Shown: in pieces, positions 37,380 through 46,401 of the stretch | How the letters are laid out: each line of letters begins with the position of its first letter | How positions within the stretch are numbered: the stretch's first letter is position 1 | Source: a virus | Strand: one strand, 5' to 3' | Virus record (IMG/VR): IMGVR_UViG_3300037454_000146 | Span: 35,374-99,373 of that record | DNA: 64,000 nucleotides | Program-made: the position numbers and the translations under genes | Notes under the pieces: model-generated | Told to the model about the DNA's origin: nothing | The model's database searches: none | The model's input: only the letters and a program-made list of their open reading frames with translations

Positions 37380-38050
37380 CGAAATTACCTTTAATACAAT
37401 AAAGAGGAGTAAATAAATGCTTGTGGCTTTGCAGGACTTATCCTGAGTACCTACTGCTGCAAGCACAGCGGAGAGTACGGTTTTCATCTCTCGTAGAATC
37501 CTAAAACTCTACCCTCTATTTGGTCACACCAGACGGTGACGCTCCGTCCTTTTCGCCTTGAAAGGGCGATGTCCTTACTAATCATAGACGATGGTGCGAT
37601 AATGCGCAGGTTTGCTACTTGTCCGTAACCTACCAATGCGCAGGTTTGCCTTTCCACATTAGGTTGTGGCGACCATTAAAAGACCTTGTGTAGTCAGCTT
37701 GTAGGCATAACAGAGGCTTACAAGGTACATAAAACCTCGGATTTTGCGACAACAATTTAATCGTGAAGTTACTCTCCGAAGCTTGCTTTGGTGCGGATTC
37801 CAAGTCGTGACCTCAAAATCCACATGGGCGGTGTATTATAACTGACCACCGCCTTGCCAGTGTCGGTTCTCCCGTCAGGAGGAGTGGTGAGCAATCTCGG
37901 ATGTGCGCCGAGGACTTCCGCTTTTTATCGCGTTGCTTTACTACCAAGCTCATTGCCCATACGGGGCTTCATCATGCCCCGTCCCGTAATTTATTACTCG
38001 CCACAGCTTTCAGGCGAGAATTATTCCGCAGCCGACTAATGCCGACCGTT
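37380..38050. ncRNA. ORF-free, visibly G+C-richer, hairpin-dense region: candidate large structured RNA and/or attP arm region
   Basis: No ORF with an RBS. Perfect hairpins at 37827-37853, 37961-37982 and 37997-38018, with several others. 15-nt direct repeat AATGCGCAGGTTTGC at 37601 and 37635. Strand not resolved. Confidence 0.4.
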
Positions 38051-38055
38051 AATAA

Positions 38056-38469
38056 TCAAAATGCCCCATCGAAAATATCACGTTTTACTTTAAACGGCAC
38101 AATCTTTGCGTGTAGAGGCAACGTAACTTCTTCCGCCGATTTCTCAACAAAATAAAGTACATCATCCACGTAAGCATCGGGGTTGTCCAACGCCTTTTCA
38201 CAAATCATCTCTGCGCTATCAAAAAGAGTGATAAGCATATTTCCGTCCTGTGCCTGAACGTCATCATACGCCGCCTCCAAAAATTCAGGGCGCATTGCTA
38301 TAGACACTCCTCCAATTGTATACTGGTTGAGCAGTTGGCAAATTCCCATTGCGTTTTCCCAGCTCACAATCAAGCCAGCAACGCCATTTGACATTGCGCA
38401 ACTTATAAACTCTGTGGCGAAATCCCTGTAGTCAATAAACGTTTTGCACTGATTATCGTTGATTCTCAT
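38056..38469 (-). CDS. hypothetical protein
   Basis: 137-aa ORF with 4-nt overlap to the upstream gene. Confidence 0.5.
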   Translation of the reverse strand: MRINDNQCKTFIDYRDFATEFISCAMSNGVAGLIVSWENAMGICQLLNQYTIGGVSIAMRPEFLEAAYDDVQAQDGNMLITLFDSAEMICEKALDNPDAYVDDVLYFVEKSAEEVTLPLHAKIVPFKVKRDIFDGAF

Positions 38470-38807
38470 ACAATCTTAATGGTACTGCAACCCTCAATAC
38501 CCCATCTCTCAGGCTCGTCGATGAACTCGTCCACAAGTACATAGCCTTCGCAAGCTCCAACATTTCCGCTATCGTAAACAGATTTCTCACGCCACACCTG
38601 TCCGTCCACGTCATATGTCAGAGTAAAGGGATCAATATACCCCTCCCAATCAGGGTCGTGAAGGTTTATATTCTTTATGCAAATATCTTTAAGGGCAACT
38701 ATTCTCTCGAAAAGAACCTTAATGTCCTCGTAATAACCAACCACTGAAACGTCCTCGCCCTTATAGTGATGTTTGAGAACTTTCGCAAACGCCTTATCTA
38801 CGTTCAT
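38466..38807 (-). CDS. hypothetical protein
   Basis: 113-aa ORF in the operon. Confidence 0.5.
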   Translation of the reverse strand: MNVDKAFAKVLKHHYKGEDVSVVGYYEDIKVLFERIVALKDICIKNINLHDPDWEGYIDPFTLTYDVDGQVWREKSVYDSGNVGACEGYVLVDEFIDEPERWGIEGCSTIKIV

Positions 38808-38820
38808 TTATTACACTCCT

Positions 38821-39993
38821 TTAATTCAAAATAACATTATAGAATTGGCATACTTCCCCATCTTCAGCAATTGCCATAAGCTGAGTGGGCTTACCTTTCA
38901 GTCGCTTCTCAATTGTATAATCATTACCACTACCGCAAAGACTACCACCGCGACAAATCTTTACGTCATAGCAGTCATCAATCGCCATTGTGTGCATATG
39001 ACCACTGAAAATCGCATGAGGTTTATATCCTTTTGCAAGAACGAGATTGCTCAACCCCGCCTTACCAAATACGTCATTGTCGCCATGAACAAACCAATAG
39101 CCATCTATTTCTGCAAGAGTTGTATCTTGTGGCTTTGCGTAAATAAAGTTAGGATAATCCTTTAAGTGCGTAGATACAAACCAACCCACGAGATTGTCAA
39201 GTCTCTCATCTTTAACGGCTTCATCTTTTCTCGAAATCCTTGAATGATTTCCCGCAATATTTGTAAATGTTACCACAAATCCCTTGTCAACAAACGCCTT
39301 TACAAAACCAAGCATATATTCACTTGCAAGCATAATCTGTTCAATAACATTTTCCCTATTTGTAACGGCAATCGCGGCGTGAATGTTTCCGCTGCATAGA
39401 TCACCGCAGCCAGCTATAATCACATTCGATACTCCCTCTAAAATGCATCTCTGTATTGCTTTGCTCGCATATTCAGTTATGCGTTCACGAGCAATGTCTG
39501 AGTTATAACGCCCCCACTCGTTGTCAAAGCACTCACCTATATGCCAGTCGGAGCAAGTGACAATTGCTGTTTTCTTAGCGTTATTCTCTCGGAGTGCAAT
39601 CCGCAAATCTGTCGGATTGCTTTCTGTGATTACCTTTTCGAGATAGTCGAGCTTCTGTTCAACTCTTGCCGAATTATAATTCTGTCTTTGCCAAGCATTG
39701 CGCTCATCGCGGAACTGAATCTTAGCACGTTCAAGTTCACGCTTTGTATTTGAAAGCTCGTCATGGTATTCAGTAGAAATCATCTTGCTGAATACATCTT
39801 CGTAATATGCCTTTGCCATTTGAATAGGTTTTCTATATGCGCTCTCGTTGCGGTATTCCGACTCATCTTCACGCCATACCTCATTAACTTTATCAGCAAA
39901 TTCTTGCCAAGTCATCTCGCCGTTATCAACAGCTTTAGAAGTACGCCAAAGATATTGTCTTTCGTTTTCGCCGTCCAGCTTATTAAAATTCAA
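38821..39993 (-). CDS. calcineurin-like metallophosphoesterase (Mre11/SbcD-type fold)
   Basis: CSDWHIG, GCGDLCSGN, GNHSR and SGHMH motifs. Start proposed at TTG 39993, 9 nt after TAAGGAGG. Alternative starts are ATG 40017 and GTG 40038. Confidence 0.7.
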   Translation of the reverse strand: MNFNKLDGENERQYLWRTSKAVDNGEMTWQEFADKVNEVWREDESEYRNESAYRKPIQMAKAYYEDVFSKMISTEYHDELSNTKRELERAKIQFRDERNAWQRQNYNSARVEQKLDYLEKVITESNPTDLRIALRENNAKKTAIVTCSDWHIGECFDNEWGRYNSDIARERITEYASKAIQRCILEGVSNVIIAGCGDLCSGNIHAAIAVTNRENVIEQIMLASEYMLGFVKAFVDKGFVVTFTNIAGNHSRISRKDEAVKDERLDNLVGWFVSTHLKDYPNFIYAKPQDTTLAEIDGYWFVHGDNDVFGKAGLSNLVLAKGYKPHAIFSGHMHTMAIDDCYDVKICRGGSLCGSGNDYTIEKRLKGKPTQLMAIAEDGEVCQFYNVILN

Positions 39994-40021
39994 TCTCACA
40001 TTCCTCCTTAAATTCATTCCC

Positions 40022-40198
40022 TTATGTGGGTTCTTCACAAGTAACCGTAATAATTACGTCCTTGCCGTTTAGTCTGTCTATACTATCTGCTAACACCACA
40101 GGCTCATCATCTCCACGCTCGATGGCAATAATGCCGTCATCAAGATTGAGAACGCCTGAAATTGTAAATTTATTATTCCAACCGTCTTTTGTCGCCAT
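40022..40198 (-). CDS. hypothetical small protein
   Basis: ATG 40198 after AAGGAGA (MATKDGWNNKF...). Confidence 0.45.
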   Translation of the reverse strand: MATKDGWNNKFTISGVLNLDDGIIAIERGDDEPVVLADSIDRLNGKDVIITVTCEEPT

Positions 40199-40294
40199 TT
40201 TTAATCTCCTTGTTTTCCGCAAAATCGCATATTTTTCTAAAGGTGAGTAGGGAAGTACCCTATAATCTCTGCGCCCACAGGCTACCTTTAAAAA

Positions 40295-41101
40295 CTAATT
40301 TGAAATTTCACTTAAATCATTAAGATAAGCATATTCACCATATAACTCGATAGCCTTATCGTTATACGCTTTTGCAGCATCATATAACGTTTCAAAACAG
40401 CCTAAACTCAATCTCTTGTTTTTAAATCCAATGCGAGCTACAAACTTTTTAATAGATTTGTGATAAGAAACACCTTTAATATTAGTAGAAGAATAAGCAG
40501 ACAAACCTTTATTATAATTATTCTTCTCTTGAGTGCATATTCTCAGATTGGATTTCCTATTATCCATTGTATTGCCATTTTTATGGTCTACAACCACAGC
40601 ATTATCATCCAAAACCTTCATTAATAATCTTGACAAAGTGATATAGCCACGCCTTTTAACTCCATCTATCTTATTATAGTCTTTCATTGTTGTACAAAGA
40701 TATTGCGAGTCGTTTATGCTGCCATCTTTATGCTTTATCCTTTTATGATTTATATGCCAACAAAAATTTTCAACTATCGGTCTATCTTCTATGTCGAAAT
40801 AAAATTCTTCACCTTTAGAAGTATATCCAATGCAATAACCATCTTTTTCTTCTATGCGATTTCTTTTCTTCTTGGACATTATATTTTTTTCAATCATAAG
40901 ACATCCGCATGATATCGTTGGCTTTCTTTTCCTCTTTAAATTTTTCCCTGTTACATAAGTGATAGTGTGATTAGGACACGAACATTGACACTTCCATTTA
41001 GCCTCATGTTCCCCGCTTGGACTAATATAATCCTCTGCTTGTTCAAGCACCACTAACCTACCGAAAGTTTTTCCTGTTAAATCTTCTTTAACCTTTACCA
41101 T
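40295..41101 (-). CDS. HNH homing endonuclease with AP2 DNA-binding domain and N-terminal zinc module
   Basis: DLTGKTFGRLVVL...WKCQCSC...SCGC. HNH: VDHKNGNTMDNRKSNLRICTQEKNN. AP2-like: GVSYHKSIKKFVARIGFKNKRLSLGCFETLYDAAKAYNDKA. Confidence 0.75.
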   Translation of the reverse strand: MVKVKEDLTGKTFGRLVVLEQAEDYISPSGEHEAKWKCQCSCPNHTITYVTGKNLKRKRKPTISCGCLMIEKNIMSKKKRNRIEEKDGYCIGYTSKGEEFYFDIEDRPIVENFCWHINHKRIKHKDGSINDSQYLCTTMKDYNKIDGVKRRGYITLSRLLMKVLDDNAVVVDHKNGNTMDNRKSNLRICTQEKNNYNKGLSAYSSTNIKGVSYHKSIKKFVARIGFKNKRLSLGCFETLYDAAKAYNDKAIELYGEYAYLNDLSEISN

Positions 41102-41161
41102 ATTTACCCCTTTCTCGAAGAAAGGGTGGGCGGTAGTTATCCGCCAAATCCCTTCACTTGT

Positions 41162-41863
41162 TTATTCTAACTCGTCAGCCATATTTGAAAGCCAACCGCG
41201 ATAATTAGTGGTCAGCTCACACACCGCACACTTATCATCCTTTGAAAAATGATTGAGGTACTTCATGAAACCGCTTCTCTCAGGGTTGTGAAATAAGTCG
41301 CACTGTTTGCTATGCCCTATAACAACAACCTTACAAGAATCGTGCATACGAGTAAGCACCTTCTTCAACTCGTCAAAGTAATAGTTCTGCGCCTCGTCAA
41401 TAATGACAACCTTGTTCTCAAAATTCGTACCGCGCAGAAACGTGTGTGTGATTGCCTTAATATAAGCCGTGCCGTTCTTCTCATTCATAATATCGTCATA
41501 CGTCGCCGTATTGATATTAACACCTATCTTTTCAAGTGCTTCAAAGAATGGCTCGGCATAAGGCTGACTTTTTTCTTCCAATGAGCCTTTTAGGTAGCCC
41601 TGTTTTTCTTCCATACAGGGTGCGCTAATATAGACTACACCGTCGTATCGCCCATACTTAACAAGCAGATTTGCGGTAGCGGTGGCAATAGTCGTCTTGC
41701 CTGTACCCGCCTTTGCGTTGCAGAACACGATAATTTTGTCCTTAGACCATATCGCGTCTCTAAAGGCTGTCTGCTCGTCGTCAAGCTGAAAACCATAAAA
41801 CGGGTGTTCCGCCAGTGATTCGGGAACTTCCGTGTAGTCAACCATCTTAGACTTCTTAGCCAC
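41162..41863 (-). CDS. phoH: PhoH-like ATPase
   Basis: Walker A NAKAGTGKTT, Walker B VVIIDEAQN, and GHSKQCDL. GTG start after GAGGTGG. Confidence 0.75.
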   Translation of the reverse strand: MAKKSKMVDYTEVPESLAEHPFYGFQLDDEQTAFRDAIWSKDKIIVFCNAKAGTGKTTIATATANLLVKYGRYDGVVYISAPCMEEKQGYLKGSLEEKSQPYAEPFFEALEKIGVNINTATYDDIMNEKNGTAYIKAITHTFLRGTNFENKVVIIDEAQNYYFDELKKVLTRMHDSCKVVVIGHSKQCDLFHNPERSGFMKYLNHFSKDDKCAVCELTTNYRGWLSNMADELE

Positions 41864-41874
41864 TCGACACCACC

Positions 41875-42501
41875 TCAGATTATTTCATCGAGTGACTCGA
41901 CAACCTTATCCACAATGCCGAGCGATACTTGCTCCTCACCGCTCTGGATATACCAGTCCTTCGATTTATTGCGATTAAATAGCTTCGGGTCAATAGTAGT
42001 ACGCTCAAGGATATAATCGCGCATTGTATCAATCAGCTTGCGGTAGTTCTTCTGCTGTTCCTCCATTTCAGAGTACGTACCCTGTGCGCCGCCGCTACCC
42101 TGATGAATCATAGCCGTGCTGTACTTAACGGCATAGCGCTTATGTCCCGCCAGAAGCAGAAGCAGTCCCGCGCTCATCGCAACACCGCAGTTGACCGTGA
42201 TAATCGGAGTCTTGCTGGCAAGCATTACCGACGTGAGACAAAATGTCTGCTGAAGGTCGCCACCGTATGACATAATATACATAATTATCGGCTTGCGCTC
42301 CTCAACCGCCTTGCCCTTGTCCTCGCGGTTGTATTCAAGTATCTGCTTTGTGACCTCAAACAGCCAGTCGTCTATGTCACACTCTACGCTGATTCTGCGG
42401 TTCTCCCAGTCCTTATAGTAATGTACTAAGTCGGGGTTAGGGAGGCGCACGTCAGCCTCTTGCGGCACGACCACGTTTAATACCTGTACTTCTTCGTTCA
42501 T
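41875..42501 (-). CDS. ClpP-family serine protease
   Basis: GVAMSAGLLLLLAG (Ser) and MIHQGSGGAQG (His) in ClpP-like spacing. 208 aa. Lies outside the head module. Confidence 0.7.
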   Translation of the reverse strand: MNEEVQVLNVVVPQEADVRLPNPDLVHYYKDWENRRISVECDIDDWLFEVTKQILEYNREDKGKAVEERKPIIMYIMSYGGDLQQTFCLTSVMLASKTPIITVNCGVAMSAGLLLLLAGHKRYAVKYSTAMIHQGSGGAQGTYSEMEEQQKNYRKLIDTMRDYILERTTIDPKLFNRNKSKDWYIQSGEEQVSLGIVDKVVESLDEII

Positions 42502-42557
42502 GTTAATTCCACCTTAAACATTTGATACGGGCATCCACCCGCCCTCTTGCGAGGATA

Positions 42558-42746
42558 TTAGACCTTGCCGTAGACCTCTACGACCTTCTGCGACTGCGCG
42601 TACTCGTCAAGCAGAGCGAGAATGTAGCACTCCTCTGCCGCGTAATAATTGTGTCGCCGAGACTTCTGAGCCATCGTCCTTGTTATACCTTCCTTGACAC
42701 CGTGGGTGCGGAGGTACTCTGACTGAGCCTTGCTAATCTGAATCAT
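42558..42746 (-). CDS. hypothetical small protein
   Basis: 62-aa ORF downstream of the RNA polymerase terminator. Confidence 0.4.
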   Translation of the reverse strand: MIQISKAQSEYLRTHGVKEGITRTMAQKSRRHNYYAAEECYILALLDEYAQSQKVVEVYGKV

Positions 42747-42820
42747 AATTTCACTACTTTCGCGTTTTTATTTATGAACACTTGAACAAGTATTCATATA
42801 TCCATATTCCCCACTATCCA

Positions 42821-42850
42821 AAAGAGAAAAAACGGCGTAACATCGCCGTT
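42821..42850 (-). terminator. rho-independent terminator after the RNA polymerase gene
   Basis: Stem AACGGCG/CGCCGTT (42831-42837 with 42844-42850), followed on the minus strand by TTTTTTCTCTTTT. Confidence 0.65.
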
Positions 42851-42884
42851 TATCTCTTGTTAATTATTTTACTATCGTGCAAAA

Positions 42885-45740
42885 TTAGCCGATTTTTTGC
42901 TTAAAATAGTCATAATTGAATAATCTTACGCAGTTTTCGCTACTCTTTTTTGAGAGCTTATACTGCTCGTCAGAACTACTTCTTATCATTTCATACAGGT
43001 CGGCATTGCCTGTTGCAAACAACGTGTCAAAAATTGTTCTGGCAAACCCCGCATTCTTATCTTTATCAATTTCCCTAAGAAGAAGATACATTTCTACGTC
43101 GTTTAAATGAATGTTTGCAATATAGTCTACACAGCGACTTCTGATTTCTGCAACTTCTTTAATTATAAGTTTCTTTTCGTCCTTAGTCTTATCGGCATAT
43201 CCGACATAAGCACTTTGAATATTTTCTCTCATCCCCTTAATCTTATTTATAATCTCATAAACTTTATTATAAAGGCGAGAGTTTGCTTTGCGCCAATCTA
43301 CATCCATAGGCTTAATAATCTCACAGAACGGCAAATTTTTTGCTTCAATCTTGTCAGCTCTAAATTTATCAATTGCCTTTTGTAAGTAATCCATAGATGT
43401 TTCAAACTGCCTGTAATGCTGATTAGGATTAAGTGTATATCCGTTTCCGAGGGTGATATTGCGGAAGAAAAGCGGTTTCGTAAATCTCTCTTTGCCATTA
43501 ATTTCAGTATAGATGCCGTACTTTTCTTTTAATATTGTAAGCATTTTTGACGTATCAACATCAAACATCTTCTTGGCTCGGTCAATCTCAGAACCGCTGG
43601 CGGCACTGAGTATACAAATATCATCATATAATTTATGTTGATGTAGAATCGCTTCTTCATTTGGGACACCTTGTTTGACTTCATCATAAATGCGTTCCCA
43701 CATTATTGAATTAAGATACTGCGATTGATTAACAATCTGACCAATAAGGTTGACACTTGTATTTATATCAAGCTGCGCCTTTGATTTTGCGTCATAAGTC
43801 CACTGAATCTTCTTTGCCTCAATGAAACTTGTAGGAACTCTAAACTTATCGTAATTTTTCTTAGCGGCATTTATAAGGACTTCATTGTCAGTCAAAAGAA
43901 CCTGATCGCTGTCAAAATCCGCACCTTGAAGCCTTTGCAAAATATTCTCGCCAATACTATTTACATGGACAACCTCTTTACTTGATACAAAATATTTCTC
44001 ATGCAACGAGCTTGCCACATTTTTTGCTAACAACACATCACCTGAATTAATGTGTGGTGATCTTGTACCAAGAACCATTTTGCCGTACTCGAATCTCTTT
44101 GTATGAATATTGCCAACTCCTAAAATGCTTTCACCCTTAAACGTGCCGATAGCAGCTTGCAACATTTCTATGCCATTGCCAATCAACGTTTCATAATTGC
44201 CACTAATCCATATATGCCCCTTGCGATATTCTTTAAGCATAGACTTCACAAGTTCTTTGCGGAAGTTGTCATACAGCTTTGTTTCCACAAATTTGCTATT
44301 CATGCCCATTACCTTCATTACAACCTCATCACGATTAAGACAAGGCTCATCACTATCGGCTAAAGCATAAGGGTATTTGAGATGATAGCGCATTACAGCC
44401 GCGTCCTTGCGGATGAGATTAAGATAGTCAAAATTAGGCTTCAATAACGTCTGTATATCCTCACGAGTAAGTTGCAGGGAATTAAGTAGCTGATAGTGGC
44501 ACTGAACCATTCTACCGTCAAGATACTTAGTGGGCTTCTCGTACTTTACTATTCCAAAAATCGGATAGAGATTGTCAAGCCATTGCTCAATAGTCCCAAA
44601 CTTTACATACTTTATACTGGACGGAGTGGTAATAAGCTTTATATCTTCTATGCAAGTTGCTCTGGTGTAACCCTTGAGCTGAGAAACTTCTGTGATGCCA
44701 TTATCCCTAAACCAGTCCTGTATTCTTACCTTGAATGACGCACTCTTGAAGAAACGGTTGCGGAGGAGGAGCATCGTTCTGTCTGCGTAATGCTCATCAT
44801 ACATACTTACATCTAAAAGGCTCTGTCCGTCCCAAATACTATTCTTTATCTTGGCACGTTCCTCTTTGGCGACAAAATCTTCACCCTCACCATAAACCGC
44901 CACAACATCATCCACAAACTCGGACTCATAATCATCAATAACAAGTATATTTTCAGGACGTATCTCAAGAGTGTCAATGCAACTACTGGAAGGCAACGAG
45001 ATGTAGGCTTCAAATGCAGCGAGGTCAATCTTGTCACCCTCTTTTATCTTCAAACCGCACAGTTCCCATTTGTGCATTGCAGGATAAAGATTTTCGTCTA
45101 TAAAGAGACACTTACCAACGCGACTACTTCCAGATGATCTCTTGTAACGCACATACTTTATACCGTTACAGATAAACCCATTCTCGTAAAGGTCAAAGCG
45201 CAGCTCCCCACGACTCATAAGCGTCGGTATGCTCTTACTAAGTTTGATCTTGCGATTGGTTTCATCATACACAAAATACTTCGGTACACCGTCCCACACC
45301 ACAACTTCATCTTCTGCGACATCGCCAACCTTTACACCAATACAAATTCCGTCCTTATAGAATGTTCTGTCGCCATACTTACCAATCTCTTTGATGTCTG
45401 CCATGCCATATCCGTCACGCACGTATATGTCGCCGTGGCGATTCCACTCTTTATAGGCTAAGTCAAAGTCCACGTTAATAACACGCTGAGTAAATTCCTT
45501 GCCCAACTCCTTGTCGAAAAAGAATGAACTGCGGTTATGGTAGTGCTGATAGGCGACTTCACGAAGTTTCATAAGATCAAGGCTGAAGTCAAGTGTGTTC
45601 TTCCAACGCTTCAGATTAGTATTGGTGTGTCCAAGAACCACTCCTTTATCATCTACCACAGGATTAACCAATCTCTTGGCTGCATAAAGATCTTTTGCCT
45701 CGCATGAAAGTATGTATACTGAATTTGTTTCCAATCTCAT
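42885..45740 (-). CDS. YonO / RdRP-like single-subunit two-barrel RNA polymerase
   Basis: GADFDSD at residues 606-612 (nt 43925-43905), comparable with the NADFDGD/DxDGD metal-binding loop. Preceded by VLGTRSPHINSGDVLL (residues 556-571), as in the R.P....GD signature of RdRP/YonO-type enzymes. 951 aa. Confidence 0.65.
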   Translation of the reverse strand: MRLETNSVYILSCEAKDLYAAKRLVNPVVDDKGVVLGHTNTNLKRWKNTLDFSLDLMKLREVAYQHYHNRSSFFFDKELGKEFTQRVINVDFDLAYKEWNRHGDIYVRDGYGMADIKEIGKYGDRTFYKDGICIGVKVGDVAEDEVVVWDGVPKYFVYDETNRKIKLSKSIPTLMSRGELRFDLYENGFICNGIKYVRYKRSSGSSRVGKCLFIDENLYPAMHKWELCGLKIKEGDKIDLAAFEAYISLPSSSCIDTLEIRPENILVIDDYESEFVDDVVAVYGEGEDFVAKEERAKIKNSIWDGQSLLDVSMYDEHYADRTMLLLRNRFFKSASFKVRIQDWFRDNGITEVSQLKGYTRATCIEDIKLITTPSSIKYVKFGTIEQWLDNLYPIFGIVKYEKPTKYLDGRMVQCHYQLLNSLQLTREDIQTLLKPNFDYLNLIRKDAAVMRYHLKYPYALADSDEPCLNRDEVVMKVMGMNSKFVETKLYDNFRKELVKSMLKEYRKGHIWISGNYETLIGNGIEMLQAAIGTFKGESILGVGNIHTKRFEYGKMVLGTRSPHINSGDVLLAKNVASSLHEKYFVSSKEVVHVNSIGENILQRLQGADFDSDQVLLTDNEVLINAAKKNYDKFRVPTSFIEAKKIQWTYDAKSKAQLDINTSVNLIGQIVNQSQYLNSIMWERIYDEVKQGVPNEEAILHQHKLYDDICILSAASGSEIDRAKKMFDVDTSKMLTILKEKYGIYTEINGKERFTKPLFFRNITLGNGYTLNPNQHYRQFETSMDYLQKAIDKFRADKIEAKNLPFCEIIKPMDVDWRKANSRLYNKVYEIINKIKGMRENIQSAYVGYADKTKDEKKLIIKEVAEIRSRCVDYIANIHLNDVEMYLLLREIDKDKNAGFARTIFDTLFATGNADLYEMIRSSSDEQYKLSKKSSENCVRLFNYDYFKQKIG

Positions 45741-45794
45741 TCCTCCTCTATAACACTAACTACTTACCTTGTGAGCACAAAAACTAAGCGATTC

Positions 45795-46091
45795 TCAATA
45801 ACCTTTACACATTTCTCGAAGATTTTTCTCTACCCGCTCCAGCTCGTCAATGTAATTTCTGATAGTCTCTATCTGTCCGCCAGCCATTTTCTCTTTCACA
45901 AGAATCTCAGCCAGTCTCCGCAGCATTGCCGTCACCGTCTTGAAGTAGCCAACCTCATCCTGTTTGATCACGACCTCTCCACTGTCAACGCCGACTTTGC
46001 CAAACACTCCTTTTGCTTTCTCATACTTATGAACGAGCACATATTGGAACTCATCAATTTTGAAATACCAGCCGTCTAAAATTTTAACCAT
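45795..46091 (-). CDS. hypothetical protein
   Basis: Start at the ATG 6 nt after AAGGAGG (MVKILDGWYFK...). Confidence 0.5.
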   Translation of the reverse strand: MVKILDGWYFKIDEFQYVLVHKYEKAKGVFGKVGVDSGEVVIKQDEVGYFKTVTAMLRRLAEILVKEKMAGGQIETIRNYIDELERVEKNLREMCKGY

Positions 46092-46182
46092 TGTCATCCT
46101 CCTTATAAATTACTGTAAAATTCTCATTCTGCGTTTTGCCATATAGTTTGACCTGCAAAGGTGTAGCGTGGCAAATTTACAG

Positions 46183-46401
46183 TTAGTTGTCAGTATAAAG
46201 ACATATTTCTCCGTCACGTAGCTTCTGCAAGAATGCCAAACCCATTTCTTCCGAAATGTCCGACAGTCTTGTTTTGTCATAATAATCCAACAGAGCACTA
46301 TAAGCGTCAGTCTGCGCCTCATCTCTGGAATATGCCTTTATTGCAATAGTTGTTTCGTGCGTCACTGTCCCACCAACTCCTTTATCGAATAAAAATCGCA
46401 T
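46183..46401 (-). CDS. hypothetical protein
   Basis: 72-aa ORF. Preferred over the overlapping 46110..46322 frame. Confidence 0.4.
   Translation of the reverse strand: MRFLFDKGVGGTVTHETTIAIKAYSRDEAQTDAYSALLDYYDKTRLSDISEEMGLAFLQKLRDGEICLYTDN

Noticed and set aside
37380-38050. Tested whether the structured block is a second group I or group II intron, a tmRNA or tRNA fragment, RNase P RNA, SRP RNA or a common riboswitch.
   Set aside because: On either strand I could not find group I P/Q/R/S-like elements, a group II domain V, a T-arm or acceptor remnant, or the signature boxes of those RNAs. The flanking genes also look complete. The class is left unassigned.
37854-38155. 61-aa and 84-aa plus-strand ORFs inside the structured ORF-free block.
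   Set aside because: They have no RBS, give Arg/Ser/Pro-rich translations typical of G+C-rich non-coding sequence, and overlap strong hairpins.
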